From assembly GCA_946411205.1 (NCBI GenBank), contig CAMKDG010000001.1:8478-72477 (forward strand): a stretch of 64,000 nt of DNA, given 5' to 3'. Positions 34,848 through 45,676 of the stretch are shown one piece after another. A model generated the notes under the pieces. The model was not told the DNA's origin and made no database searches. It worked only from the letters and a program-made list of their open reading frames with translations. Every line of letters begins with the position of its first letter. Position 1 is the first letter of the stretch. The position numbers and the translations under genes are program-made. This stretch comes from an uncultured Desulfotomaculum sp. (GTDB lineage Bacteria; Bacillota; Desulfotomaculia; Desulfotomaculales; Desulfotomaculaceae).

Positions 34848-37514
34848 ATGCGTAGACCAAAGATGTGGCGCGTCAAAGCGCCGAATCCTGCTTTACAACA
34901 GATTCTTTCCTGGGAAGTGAGTATTTCTAAGGTACTTGCTCAGTTGCTAATTAACCGGGGAATATATACAGTTGATCAAGCCAAGGATTTTTTAGGCAGT
35001 GAACTGGGCAGAATGTTCAGCCCGTGGCTGATGAAGGACATGGAAAAAGCCGTAGATCGGGTTTTGGCAGCCAAAGATAAGGGTGAGCAAATTCTGGTAT
35101 ACGGTGACTATGATGTTGATGGGATCACCGGCACCACGGTTTTGGTGCTGGCTTTGCGGAAAATAGGTTGTCGGGTGGATTACTTTATACCGCTTCGCTT
35201 GGAGGAAGGTTACGGCCTCAATAAAGATGCTCTGGAAAGGGCTTTGGAACAAGGGGTTTCTCTGGTAGTCACTGTGGATTGTGGTATTAGTGGAACTGAA
35301 GAAGTGGCTGCAGCCAGAGCACTGGGGTTGGATGTGCTGATTACAGATCACCACGAACCACCAGCCTGTTTGCCTGACGCTGTGGCAGTGATTGATCCGA
35401 AAAGGCAGGATTGCACGTATCCCTTTAAGGAACTGGCCGGGGTCGGTGTGGCCCTTAAATTGATACAAGCTTTATACCAAAGACTCGGCTTAAGCCAACA
35501 GGATTGGGAAGAGTATTTAGATTTGGTTTGTTTGGGCACTGTGGCAGATATTGTCCCCCTACAGGGAGAAAATCGTATTTTGGTAAAACACGGTTTAGCC
35601 AAAATGGCCAACACTGCGCGACCTGGATTACAGGCTCTTATTAAAATAGGTGGCATTAAGACGGAAGGTATGGGTACCCGGGAACTGGGTTTTGGTTTGG
35701 CACCCCGGTTAAATGCCGCCGGTAGAATGGGCGATGCCTCTTTGGGGGTAGAACTTCTGTTAACCTCTGATTCGGCGGTGGCTGATCAATTGGCTGAAGA
35801 CTTAAATCGGGGAAATCAAGAAAGGCAACAGGTGGAGGCGGGGGTATTAGCTGAGGCCTTGGCTCTGCTGGAAGCTGATCCCGAATTAGCGAACGCCAAG
35901 GTGCTAGTGTTGTCTTCTACGCATTGGCATCCTGGGGTAATCGGCATTGTAGCCTCCCGCTTGGTGGATCGTTTTTATCGCCCGGTTTTTATGATCAGTA
36001 TAGAAGAGGGCAAGGGCAAGGGTTCTGCTCGAAGTATACCGGGCTTTAATTTATATCAGGCGATGGTTAGCTGTCAGGAGTACTTTGACCAGTTTGGTGG
36101 TCATGCTATGGCCGCAGGGTTTAGCATTCAAGAAGATCAAATTATGAGTTTTCGGCACGCTGTAAACCGACTGGCTGGGGAGATTTTAACAGAGGAACAC
36201 CTAACCCCAAACCTTGATTTGGATGCCCTAGTGAATTTAACCGAGTTGTCCTTAGATACGGTTCAGGAACTGGGTCAGTTGTCTCCCTTTGGCCAGGCCA
36301 ATCCCGGGCCCATCTTGGGATGTCGCAAGGCTACGGTATTGAATTGCCGGGAAGTAGGCAAAAATGGTGGCCATCTAAAGATGAGAGTGCAGGCGGATCA
36401 GATTATTTTGGATGGCATTGGTTTTAACCTAGCTTCTTACAGTGAGATGTTGGCCACCCATGATACCATAGATATGGCCTTTATGCCGTCTATTAATGTT
36501 TGGAATGGACGATCCTCAGTTCAACTGGAAGTGAAGGAATTTAAAGAAGTAGGAAAAGTTGACACCTTACAGGAGGAAATGGGACCTTCTCAGGAACTGT
36601 ATCGTCTTTTTACCAGATCACTACAATTGCCGGAGCAAGAGATTTTAAGCAGCCTAGTGCCGTGGGGTATTCTTACTCTGTATCAACAGCCCGAAAATGT
36701 TTGTCTAACACCCAGTGATCGTGCTACTATTGAGGCAAATATTGAAATTGAGGATTTTAGGGATTGTCCCGACCGAATGGCCCAACTGAAGCATGTGTTA
36801 AATCGTCAGAAGTCCAGCTTAATTCTGGTGGAAAGTACAGCCCAAGCTATTCAGATTGCTACACTTCTCAACCAGACAGCCTTTGCCGGTATGGATAGAA
36901 TAGCTGTTTATCATCCCCTGCTAGGGATACAGGAATCTAAGCAATTAGTAGAGTTTATCCAAAACGGACAAGTACAGATTTTGGTTTCTACTTCTCCGGC
37001 ACCCTGTGATTATTATCTATTTGAGCAAGTAATTCTTTTTTATCTGCCCTACCAGCCGGAGGAATGCATACTCAAGAATCCGGGACAGACTAAGCTTGTG
37101 CTGTTAGGAGGGCCATCTCAGATTGCAGATGCCTGTGATAAGTTGCAAGCTCTGGCTCCGGAGCGAGAACTGCTTGGTGAATTATTTAAACTGCTGAAAA
37201 AGAAAATTGATTCCCAGGGTAAGGGGCAGGTTACACTGGAAGAATTGTGCCTTTACGTCAGATCTTTTTCTCCTCAGGCTGCTAGCCATACGGTGGAAAT
37301 TGCTTTGGCTGTTTTCCGGGAACTGGGAATTATCGAATATAGCAAGCGGGAAAATGTTTATTCTTTTAGCATAGACCTTAGTATCCGATCTGATTTAAAG
37401 AACTCTCAAACCTATCAATGGGCTTTACATATGAAAGAAGAATTGCTGCGTTTCCAAAAAACATATTTAACTGCGCAAGCAGAGCAATTATGGCAGCTCT
37501 TTATCAGGGCTTAA
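34848..37514 (+). CDS. recJ: Single-stranded-DNA-specific exonuclease RecJ (long form)
   Basis: DHH motifs (YGDYDVDGITG, VTVDCG, ITDHH) and DHHA1 (GGHAMAAG). Alternative start ATG 34863. Confidence 0.92.
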   Translation: MRRPKMWRVKAPNPALQQILSWEVSISKVLAQLLINRGIYTVDQAKDFLGSELGRMFSPWLMKDMEKAVDRVLAAKDKGEQILVYGDYDVDGITGTTVLVLALRKIGCRVDYFIPLRLEEGYGLNKDALERALEQGVSLVVTVDCGISGTEEVAAARALGLDVLITDHHEPPACLPDAVAVIDPKRQDCTYPFKELAGVGVALKLIQALYQRLGLSQQDWEEYLDLVCLGTVADIVPLQGENRILVKHGLAKMANTARPGLQALIKIGGIKTEGMGTRELGFGLAPRLNAAGRMGDASLGVELLLTSDSAVADQLAEDLNRGNQERQQVEAGVLAEALALLEADPELANAKVLVLSSTHWHPGVIGIVASRLVDRFYRPVFMISIEEGKGKGSARSIPGFNLYQAMVSCQEYFDQFGGHAMAAGFSIQEDQIMSFRHAVNRLAGEILTEEHLTPNLDLDALVNLTELSLDTVQELGQLSPFGQANPGPILGCRKATVLNCREVGKNGGHLKMRVQADQIILDGIGFNLASYSEMLATHDTIDMAFMPSINVWNGRSSVQLEVKEFKEVGKVDTLQEEMGPSQELYRLFTRSLQLPEQEILSSLVPWGILTLYQQPENVCLTPSDRATIEANIEIEDFRDCPDRMAQLKHVLNRQKSSLILVESTAQAIQIATLLNQTAFAGMDRIAVYHPLLGIQESKQLVEFIQNGQVQILVSTSPAPCDYYLFEQVILFYLPYQPEECILKNPGQTKLVLLGGPSQIADACDKLQALAPERELLGELFKLLKKKIDSQGKGQVTLEELCLYVRSFSPQAASHTVEIALAVFRELGIIEYSKRENVYSFSIDLSIRSDLKNSQTYQWALHMKEELLRFQKTYLTAQAEQLWQLFIRA

Positions 37515-37526
37515 GGGGGCATCCTA

Positions 37527-38045
37527 ATGGATTTAGCCAATAAGGTACGATTAATTAAAGACTTTCCCAAGCCAGGCATTAATTTCCGGGATATTACAAC
37601 CCTACTTCAAGATGGGGAGGCCTTTCAACAGGCCGTGCAGGATATTTTGGAATTATGCCGGGAGCTAGAAGTGGATTTAATTGCCTGTCCAGAATCTCGG
37701 GGGTTTGTGCTAGGGGCTCCTCTGGCTTATGCCATGGGTAAAGGTTTAGTGCTACTAAGAAAACCGGGCAAGTTACCCGGTAAAACAGTGCGACACGAGT
37801 ATAACTTGGAATATGGGACAGATGCCTTGGAAATGCATGAAGGAGCCATCTTACCGGGGCAAAGGGTGCTTTTGGTAGACGATGTATTGGCTACCGGCGG
37901 GACAGTGTCTGCTGCTGTGGAATTGGTTAAAAAATCAGGGGGGCAAGTGACCGGGCTGGTGTTCTTAATAGAACTAGTGGGCTTAGATGCCCGACAAAAA
38001 ATAAATGAGTACCCTATAGTAACGCTTATGCAGTTAGAGGCATAA
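37527..38045 (+). CDS. apt: Adenine phosphoribosyltransferase
   Basis: PRPP motif VLLVDDVLATGGT and N-terminus DFPKPGINFRDIT. Confidence 0.95.
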   Translation: MDLANKVRLIKDFPKPGINFRDITTLLQDGEAFQQAVQDILELCRELEVDLIACPESRGFVLGAPLAYAMGKGLVLLRKPGKLPGKTVRHEYNLEYGTDALEMHEGAILPGQRVLLVDDVLATGGTVSAAVELVKKSGGQVTGLVFLIELVGLDARQKINEYPIVTLMQLEA

Positions 38046-38093
38046 ATTAGTTTTTAAAAAAGTATGCTTAACGCTAAATTAAGGAGGTGAAGC

Positions 38094-40265
38094 ATGTCTT
38101 CATTATTTGAACTGGAACAAAAGGTGTTGTTGTATAATCCTTCGGTGGACATTGCTTTCCTCCGCAGTGCCTATAATTATGCGGAAAATGCTCACAGAGG
38201 TCAGAAGCGTATTTCCGGGGAAGATTATATTGTCCATCCCTTAGCCATTGCCATTATCCTGGCAGAACTGCAGTTAGATGTTCAGACAGTGGCTGCAGGG
38301 TTGCTTCATGATGTGGTAGAGGATACCGGGATTACCTTGGAGGACATTGAAAATAATTTTGGTCAGGAAGTTGCTATCATGGTGGATGGAGTGACCAAGT
38401 TAGGGAAACTCCAATTTCAGACCAAAGAAGAACGACAGGCCGAAAACCTTCGCAAAATGTTCCTAGCCATGGCCAAGGATATTCGGGTAATTTTAATAAA
38501 ACTGGCTGACCGGTTGCATAATTTACGCACTCTACAGTTTCAATCGGAACGTAAGCAGAAAGAAGTGGCAGAGGAGACCCTTCACTTTTTTACACCCATG
38601 GCCCATCGCTTGGGAATTTATAAGATTAAGTGGGAATTGGAAGATCTCTCCTTCCGTTATTTGGAACCTGAAAAGTATCAGCACATGAAAACCCAAATTG
38701 CTAAATCCCGTGCCAAACGTGAAGAATATATTCAAGAGGTAATTAAAGAACTGGCCGAAAGATTGGCAGCGGTCAATATCAAAACAGAGATTCAAGGACG
38801 CCCGAAAAACCTTTATTCCATTTATCAAAAGATGGGGGAGCAGCAAAAGGAATTAAAGGATATTTTTGATGTCCAGGCGGTACGGGTGCTGGTCAATTCG
38901 GTTAAGGACTGCTATGGAGCACTGGGGATTGCTCATACTCTGTGGAAGCCTATTCCGGGCCGCTTTAAGGACTATATTGCTATGCCGAAATCCAATATGT
39001 ATCAATCTCTGCATACCACGGTCATTGGACCCAATGGGGAACCAGTGGAAATTCAAATTCGCACTTGGGATATGCACCGGGTATCGGAATATGGTATTGC
39101 TGCACATTGGCGCTATAAGGAAGGCAGCCAAGGCGAAAAGGATTTCGATAAAAAGCTGGCTTGGATCAGGCAAATGCTGGATGCTCAGCACGATGCCCGG
39201 GATGCCAAGGAGTTTATGGAAAACCTAAAGATTGACCTGTTTTCCCAATCGGTATTTGTTTTCACTCCTAAAGGCGATGTTATGGAACTGCCCGCGGGAG
39301 CGGTGCCCCTAGATTTTGCTTACCGAATTCATACGGATGTAGGACACCGTACTGTGGGAGCAAAGATAAACGGGCGCATTGTGCCCTTGGATTATAAATT
39401 GAAAAACGGTAATATTATTGAAATTATTACCTCCAAGGCCAGCAATGGCCCTAGCCGAGATTGGTTAAATATCGTAAAAACACCCCAAGCGAAAAACCGC
39501 ATTCGTTCATGGTTTAAGAAGGAACGCCGGGAAGAGAACATTAATCGGGGTAAAGATGCTCTTGAGAAAGAGGCTCGTAAACAGGGGCTAGAGTTGGAAC
39601 TGGTTCGTGGTGAAAGACTGCAAGAATACGCCCGTAAGCTGGTTCAGGCTTCCATTGATGATCTATATGCAACCATTGGAGACGGCCAATTAATTCCCAG
39701 TCAGATCGTTAGCAAGATTCGGGATGAATACCGTGCCGAGAAGGAACGCCGCCCTCTGGTGGAAGAAATGATGAAAAAAGCGGAGAGCAAGGCGTCCGAG
39801 TGGGGTAAACCCACCCAGGGCATCCGGGTAAAGGGTATTGATAACCTATTGATACGCCTGGCCCATTGCTGCAACCCGGTACCCGGCGACCCCATCGTTG
39901 GCTATATTACCCGGGGCAGAGGTGTTTCGATCCACCGGGAAGATTGCCTGAATATCCAGCCGATCCAAAATGAAGAACCTGAACGGGTGGTAGAAGTGGC
40001 CTGGGATAAGGAATTCCAGTCTCCCTTCCAGGTAAAATTAGAAGTTACTGGCTTAGATCGTCCTGGTTTCCTGAACGAAGTGTTAAATGTATTGCTTGAC
40101 CTAAAAATTAATGCCAGTCGAGTGAACGCCCGTTCCAAAAAGGATCAAGTGACCAGTGTTGAACTGGCACTTCAGGTGCGGAACACCGAGCAACTGGAGT
40201 ATTTAGTGAACAGAATCCACAAAGTAAGAGATACCTATGGTGTAAGAAGGGTGTCCACGGGATAG
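38094..40265 (+). CDS. relA: Bifunctional (p)ppGpp synthetase/hydrolase Rel/RelA
   Basis: HD domain (HPLAIA...LLHDVVEDT), synthetase ([14 protein letters not shown]), TGS and ACT domains. Confidence 0.95.
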   Translation: MSSLFELEQKVLLYNPSVDIAFLRSAYNYAENAHRGQKRISGEDYIVHPLAIAIILAELQLDVQTVAAGLLHDVVEDTGITLEDIENNFGQEVAIMVDGVTKLGKLQFQTKEERQAENLRKMFLAMAKDIRVILIKLADRLHNLRTLQFQSERKQKEVAEETLHFFTPMAHRLGIYKIKWELEDLSFRYLEPEKYQHMKTQIAKSRAKREEYIQEVIKELAERLAAVNIKTEIQGRPKNLYSIYQKMGEQQKELKDIFDVQAVRVLVNSVKDCYGALGIAHTLWKPIPGRFKDYIAMPKSNMYQSLHTTVIGPNGEPVEIQIRTWDMHRVSEYGIAAHWRYKEGSQGEKDFDKKLAWIRQMLDAQHDARDAKEFMENLKIDLFSQSVFVFTPKGDVMELPAGAVPLDFAYRIHTDVGHRTVGAKINGRIVPLDYKLKNGNIIEIITSKASNGPSRDWLNIVKTPQAKNRIRSWFKKERREENINRGKDALEKEARKQGLELELVRGERLQEYARKLVQASIDDLYATIGDGQLIPSQIVSKIRDEYRAEKERRPLVEEMMKKAESKASEWGKPTQGIRVKGIDNLLIRLAHCCNPVPGDPIVGYITRGRGVSIHREDCLNIQPIQNEEPERVVEVAWDKEFQSPFQVKLEVTGLDRPGFLNEVLNVLLDLKINASRVNARSKKDQVTSVELALQVRNTEQLEYLVNRIHKVRDTYGVRRVSTG

Positions 40266-40323
40266 CTTTTGGGTAGTCCTTTGGCTGCGGCTGTCAGCTG
40301 ACTGCCAATACGGAGGTGCAATT

Positions 40324-40773
40324 TTGCGCGCTGTTGTTCAACGAGTGCTTCGAGGATCAGTTACAGTAGACGATACCACCGTCGGCCAAATTGGCCAGGG
40401 ATTGGTTGTGTTGCTGGGGGTAGGGCAGGGAGATACGGTTGATGATGCCCGATATTTGGCAGATAAAATTTGTCAACTGCGGATCTTTAATGATGAGCAA
40501 GGTAAATTGAATCTTTCAATTCAAGATGTGGGTGGGGGTGTACTAGCTATCTCCCAGTTTACACTCTACGGGGATTGCCGCAAGGGTAGGCGGCCTGGGT
40601 ATTCAAAAGCAGCCCCGCCGGAGGAAGCCAAGGAACTTTACGAGGGTTTCGTACAGAGACTCATTTGCAATGGGTTACCCACTGCCACGGGAGTTTTTCA
40701 AGAACATATGGTGGTGGAAATTATTAATGACGGCCCGGTTACACTATTATTGGATAGCAACAAGATTTTTTAG
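40324..40773 (+). CDS. dtd: D-aminoacyl-tRNA deacylase
   Basis: MRAVVQRV N-terminus, [14 protein letters not shown]. Confidence 0.95.
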   Translation: MRAVVQRVLRGSVTVDDTTVGQIGQGLVVLLGVGQGDTVDDARYLADKICQLRIFNDEQGKLNLSIQDVGGGVLAISQFTLYGDCRKGRRPGYSKAAPPEEAKELYEGFVQRLICNGLPTATGVFQEHMVVEIINDGPVTLLLDSNKIF

Positions 40774-40793
40774 GCGATTTGGAGGATGATCCT

Positions 40794-41411
40794 TTGATTA
40801 TCGAAATTTTACCGGTCGGGAACCTGGAAGCCAACTGCTATATTATTGGCTGTCCGGCAACTCATCAAGCAGCAGTGGTGGACCCCGGAGATGAGGCTGG
40901 GAGGATTCTGGAAAAGGTAAAGCAATTAAATCTACAGGTTTCCACCATTGTTTTGACCCATGGCCACGCGGACCATATTGGCGGAGTGGGGGAACTGAAA
41001 GAAGCCACCGGAGCTTCGGTGATGATTCATGCCCAGGATGGGGAAGCATTGACGAATCCCGCCTTAAATCTGTCTGCTTGGCTTGGCGAGTCGTTGACGT
41101 TTAAGCCTGCAGATAGATTGCTGCAGGATGGTGATACCATTCCTGTAGGGGATATTACTTTGGAAGTGATCCATACGCCAGGCCATACCCTTGGCGGTAT
41201 TTGCCTGAGAACAGGTAACGTACTGTTTAGCGGGGATACCTTGTTTGCCCAGTCCATTGGTCGCAGTGATTTTCCTGGAGGCAGTCAGACCACCCTGATT
41301 CAATCCATCAAGCAGAAATTACTGGTACTGCCCGATAAGACCACCGTTTACCCAGGACATGGAGGTTCTTCCACCATTGGCAGTGAGAAAGTCCACAACC
41401 CCTACCTATAA
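40794..41411 (+). CDS. MBL-fold metallo-hydrolase (glyoxalase II-like)
   Basis: THGHADHIGG motif, HTPGHT, GRSDFPGG. The start is TTG 40794 (8 nt after GGAGG) or TTG 40779. Confidence 0.85.
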   Translation: MIIEILPVGNLEANCYIIGCPATHQAAVVDPGDEAGRILEKVKQLNLQVSTIVLTHGHADHIGGVGELKEATGASVMIHAQDGEALTNPALNLSAWLGESLTFKPADRLLQDGDTIPVGDITLEVIHTPGHTLGGICLRTGNVLFSGDTLFAQSIGRSDFPGGSQTTLIQSIKQKLLVLPDKTTVYPGHGGSSTIGSEKVHNPYL

Positions 41412-41412
41412 A

Positions 41413-41441
41413 AAAACGCCACACAGTGTGGCGTTTTTTTA
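41413..41441 (+). terminator. Rho-independent terminator
   Basis: AAAAAACGCCACAC-agt-GTGTGGCGTTTTTTT. Confidence 0.85.
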
Positions 41442-41570
41442 TAGGTAAAATATTCAAATAATGATAAAATAAACAAGGAAAGATACTATCAACAAGGGGC
41501 CACCTACTGTGAGAGCGGTTTAAGGGAATACCTATAAAATAGTTGCTGTTATTAAAAAGGGGGCTAAAAC

Positions 41571-41756
41571 ATGCTAAACCGAACCAAAACCAGTGCCGAT
41601 GTGGAACTAATTATCGATTTGTATGAACGAGAAAAGGCATCATTAACAGCCATGATTGTCAATATACGTGAAATTATTTTACATAATCAAACGGATGAGC
41701 AAGTGACAGTAGAAAAAATCAAAGCCTATCTAAAAGAGCAAGGAATAGATGTCTAA
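41571..41756 (+). CDS. Hypothetical 61-aa protein
   Basis: RBS AAGGGGG is followed after 7 nt (ctaaaac) by the ATG. No recognisable motif. Confidence 0.4.
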   Translation: MLNRTKTSADVELIIDLYEREKASLTAMIVNIREIILHNQTDEQVTVEKIKAYLKEQGIDV

Positions 41757-41786
41757 AGTGATTAACCTCGGAAAATAAGCTCTGGG

Positions 41787-42575
41787 CTATTTTCTTTTAA
41801 TAAAATAACCCCTGGGATCGATTTCTTCTCGAATAAGTCGTAGTTCCTCCACCGTAGGCGGTGCAAATTCATAGATCATCTCGTCCACCAGCAATTCAAA
41901 GCCAGTATTTTGCTGCACACTTTCCACTGTTTCACCGGGCATGGTGGCTAACAGCTTCATGCGACGGGTCTTTTCATCAAAGCCCAACAGGGCTTTAGTG
42001 GTGATTACCCGGTAAGGTCCTTGCCCCAATAAACCAGCTCGTCTGCGGGCACCTTCACTGCCGTCCAAATAGCCGGGGCTGGTGAGGTATTGCAATTTTT
42101 CTACAAATCTTCTTCTTTCATGAGCCATAATAATGATGGTGCGTTCACAAGAGGCTGCCATGTCGCTGGCACCGCCACTCCCAGGGAGCCGAAGCTGGGG
42201 TTTTTGGTATTCTTCAGGAAATTGGCCCATCATCGTGGAGTTCAGATTGCCGTAGGGGTCAATTTCTGCTCCGCCAATAAAACCAAAGTCACAAAATCCC
42301 CTTTGGGTCAATTCAAAGGCTGTGTTTAAACCCTGGAGGTAACTGGCTTTGCTGGTGGTACGGGAACAGCCTACGGATAAGGGTAAACCTCTGTCCAAGG
42401 TAGGGCCAACTGCCCCGGCCTCAAAAACAGGAATAATTCCTGGGGCGTGGGTGAGTTGAGCTAAGGTAATGGCTACCATAGGTAAACCGGTACCGGCAAA
42501 AATTACTTTATTATTTTCCAGCACCCGGGAGCCAGCGACTACGATCATTTCCTGAGGGGTAAAATTAGTGTGCAT
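41787..42575 (-). CDS. CoA-transferase subunit B (glutaconate/3-oxoacid CoA-transferase family)
   Basis: Motifs LPGSGGASD and FGFIGGAEID.YGN. The start is ambiguous (M1 42599, M6 42584, M9 42575). Confidence 0.8.
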   Translation of the reverse strand: MHTNFTPQEMIVVAGSRVLENNKVIFAGTGLPMVAITLAQLTHAPGIIPVFEAGAVGPTLDRGLPLSVGCSRTTSKASYLQGLNTAFELTQRGFCDFGFIGGAEIDPYGNLNSTMMGQFPEEYQKPQLRLPGSGGASDMAASCERTIIIMAHERRRFVEKLQYLTSPGYLDGSEGARRRAGLLGQGPYRVITTKALLGFDEKTRRMKLLATMPGETVESVQQNTGFELLVDEMIYEFAPPTVEELRLIREEIDPRGYFIKRK

Positions 42576-43599
42576 TCTTTCCATCCCCTTGCTTATCATT
42601 GCTGCTTTCCTGCATTAGAACGGCTTCTCGGAGTTCAATTTGTTGAATATGCTTTAACTGTCGGTAGGGAATCTGTTCCAACATACCGTCAGTGTCTGTA
42701 ACACCATAGATATATTGCTCATAGTAACGCTCTAATGGGCTACGCTCTCCTTTGCGGAAAGCTTCCGTGGCACAGCGAAACTCATTAATGTGACTTTCGT
42801 CAAAATAATAGCGACTATGACAGTTGCCTGGATAAGCCCCAAAGGGAATCTCTACCACCGCATCTACCGCAAAAAAGGGAATATTAATGCGGCTAGGCTC
42901 CTGGACCATTTCCTCATGGGGAATAATCCGTTCACAGGTGACAAGGGTGTGAGCGGCAGCTAAGGCAATTTCCGGGCAGGTAAACAGGGGTCCTTCGATT
43001 CTGCAGTTACCGTAGATGTCTGCCTCTTGAACGTGAATTAAAGCTACATGTGGATGGCAGGCAGGTAGCAGGGCAATGGATTCTCCGCTAAAGGGACAAT
43101 CGATTATTTTAGAGCGGTTGGCTTTTAGGACATCGCTGCCCAGCGGACTGCGGCAGGGTAAGAAGGGGAGGCCCATAGCCGCGGCTTTAAAGCGGACGGA
43201 CATATTAAAGTTGCTCCAATCCTCTAGCTCCACCAGACCATTTTCAGATAGAAAGCGAAGCATGGAAGAAATCCCAAACAATTCAATGCCCCAATAGGCA
43301 AATTCCAGATGCTTAATGCTGAACTGCTGTTGATCCAAAGCCATGGCTCCGGCCAGATATTCAACGGCCAAGCCTGCAGAATGAAAGGAAAGCAGTAAAT
43401 CTTTCTTACCCTGTCTGATAATTTCATGAACTGTTGCCACCGGTTGACGGCTATTCACAAAACCTCCGATACCAAGGTTGTAGCCATCTTTAACCAAAGT
43501 GGACACAGCTTCACTTATTGACATCCGTTTGTCTTTCTTGGCTTTATCCTTCTGAACTAAAAGACTTCTTGCCTCACTAGGAGATAAACCGGTCCACAT
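42565..43599 (-). CDS. CoA-transferase subunit A (GctA-like)
   Basis: GIGGF motif near the N-terminus; paired with subunit B. Strong RBS GGAGGAAG. Confidence 0.8.
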   Translation of the reverse strand: MWTGLSPSEARSLLVQKDKAKKDKRMSISEAVSTLVKDGYNLGIGGFVNSRQPVATVHEIIRQGKKDLLLSFHSAGLAVEYLAGAMALDQQQFSIKHLEFAYWGIELFGISSMLRFLSENGLVELEDWSNFNMSVRFKAAAMGLPFLPCRSPLGSDVLKANRSKIIDCPFSGESIALLPACHPHVALIHVQEADIYGNCRIEGPLFTCPEIALAAAHTLVTCERIIPHEEMVQEPSRINIPFFAVDAVVEIPFGAYPGNCHSRYYFDESHINEFRCATEAFRKGERSPLERYYEQYIYGVTDTDGMLEQIPYRQLKHIQQIELREAVLMQESSNDKQGDGKNAH

Positions 43600-43748
43600 A
43601 TTTTACTTCCTCCAAATGCTTAAATTATAACGATTATAGCATAAATATACACAACGTGTTTTTAAATATTTTACTATTAATTGGATAAATAAGTAATTGC
43701 AGTAAGTACTCTTATTTTTTTTATGAAAGCAGGGAAGGAGTGGTTGCC

Positions 43749-44661
43749 ATGAATATTCTCATTACCGGCGGAACTGGCTTTGTTGGCAAAACATTGGTAA
43801 AGCATTTAAGCGGGCTTAACCATCGGCTTTATCTGGTAACGCGTGGGGAATATAAAGAGGCTGGGGAAGTTAGCTATATTCCATTACCGGCCAAGACGGA
43901 GCTTTTTTCGCCTCAGGTTATATCCCGGTATCGATGCGATAGTCAACTTAGCCGGACATAATATTTCGGCTGGTCGTTGGAGTCCACGGGTGAAAGAAGA
44001 AATTCTAAACAGCAGACTTTGGTTGACCAAGCAATTGGTCCAGAGTATCGAGAGAAATAAACAACAACAATTACCTTATCCTGAGGTTTTGATCAATGCT
44101 TCTGCAGTGGGGTATTATGGAGCCCATGCCCAGACCACCTTTCATGAAGCGAGTCCTAATGGCCAAGGCTTCCTGGCTCTGGTGTGCAAACAGTGGGAGC
44201 AAGAGGCGCAACGGGTGGAGGAGATGGGTGTACGACTGGTGATACTCCGGCTGGGTCTGGTTTTAGGCCCTGGGGGTGCCTTAGAAAAAATGGCTTTGCC
44301 ATACCGTTTCTGCTTCGGTGGTTACTTGGGGGACGGTAAACAGTGGTGTTCCTGGATTCATCAGCAGGATGTTATACAGGTCATTGTCGAGGCATTGCAA
44401 ACTACCGACTATCAGGGAATTTATAATCTTTGTAGTCCCCAGCCGGTGACGATGTCTGAACTGGCTAGAGCCATTGCCAACACGCTCCATAAAAAGTCCT
44501 GGACTAGAATGCCCGCTTTTTTTACCAGATTGCTGTTGGGGGAGATGGCAGAAGAGCTTTTATTGAATGGACAGCGGGTGCTACCCCAAAGACTACAAGA
44601 ACAAAAGTATCATTTTCAATACCTGGATATACAGTCCGCTGTTGAGAATGCTCTAACATAA
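43749..44661 (+). pseudogene. TIGR01777/YfcH-like NAD-dependent epimerase (DUF1731) interrupted by a frameshift near a T6 run
   Basis: The Rossmann N-terminus ILITGGTGFVGKTL is in frame 0 (track ORF 43740-43961). The rest, DAIVNLAGHNI..RW, is in frame +1 (43843-44661). T6 lies at 43903-43908. Confidence 0.7.
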
Positions 44662-44732
44662 TATAGAAAGGAGAGTGGTGCAAGGCTACTATTAGTAAGC
44701 AGCACTCTAGCATAAAGCCATAAGCCGTAGGC

Positions 44733-44841
44733 CTGGTTAGTTTAAATAAGACACACGTACTGTTGTCTTTTGCTCTGCTCGTCCGAATGAACTGAAACCT
44801 ATAAGGTTACGGAGCAAGAGTACTAAGGTTAAACTAACCAG
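44733..44841. ncRNA. Candidate structured RNA (three-way junction) between convergent genes; class and strand unknown
   Basis: 13-bp perfect closing helix CTGGTTAGTTTAA/TTAAACTAACCAG encloses hairpin AAGACA-N10-TGTCTT and a longer hairpin TTGCTC..AACCT-ata-AGGTT..GAGCAA. Confidence 0.35.
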
Positions 44842-44903
44842 AAGCCGATGATCTAACGCCAAAGTTACACACCAGCGGCTCATTGCGCAACCGCTTGGTA
44901 TAC

Positions 44904-45449
44904 CTAGATTAAACTAACTTCCTTAATAACTTCTTCGTTTTCAATATTAATCAGTCTAACGATACCTTCCTCGATGATGGCCACAGAATGAATATTGTCC
45001 TTGGGCAGTGAGGTACTACCGGGGTTTAGTACAACCAAATCTCCATCTTTATATAGCTCTTTTATGTGACTATGACCGTAGATAAAAATGTTTATCTGAT
45101 AATCTTTAGCCATTTGAATGTACTGGTTTTTCTCTTTGGTATGACCATGACAAACTAAAATCTTATAATTTCCTAACTGCAGCAAAAGATAGGGGCTTTG
45201 GATGGGATGGTGGATGACCATTTGATCTACATCGGCATCACAATTTCCCCTGGCAAATAGTAGGTTATTCATGGAATTAATTTTTTCGGCCAATTCCTTG
45301 GGGTTATAACCCTCTGGCAGAGGATTTCGTGGGCCGTGATACAATACGTCACCGCCGTGGATAATGGTAGCACAACTCGCTAAGACCTGTAGGGCCTTTT
45401 CAAAATAGAATATACTGCCATGGGTATCGCTGATTACACCAATTTTCAA
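44904..45449 (-). CDS. YfcE/MJ0936-family metallophosphoesterase
   Basis: Motifs ISDTHG, GDV..HG, GNCD, HGH, GHSH. The TTG at 45449 follows GGGAGTG; the track start at 45518 is an extension. Confidence 0.85.
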   Translation of the reverse strand: MKIGVISDTHGSIFYFEKALQVLASCATIIHGGDVLYHGPRNPLPEGYNPKELAEKINSMNNLLFARGNCDADVDQMVIHHPIQSPYLLLQLGNYKILVCHGHTKEKNQYIQMAKDYQINIFIYGHSHIKELYKDGDLVVLNPGSTSLPKDNIHSVAIIEEGIVRLINIENEEVIKEVSLI

Positions 45450-45631
45450 AACATGTTCACTCCCATTTTCGAATCGTCCATTTAGCTTACCATTAGTACC
45501 CGTGATAAGACAACCCACTCCTTCAGCAGGGAGTGGGTTGTTTTAGGAGACTCCTTTACTTGGTATGTGATCCATAGCTTTCCCTACGTTCTTCCCCTTA
45601 GTATATCCTTAAAAAGGAATTTCCTTTCTGA

Positions 45632-45676
45632 AAAGCAATCATCCCTTACCGACTCAAGGTAAGGGATGATTGCTTT
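45632..45676 (-). terminator. Terminator of the GH18 gene
   Basis: 19-bp stem AAAGCAATCATCCCTTACC/GGTAAGGGATGATTGCTTT overlapping the stop codon. Confidence 0.75.
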
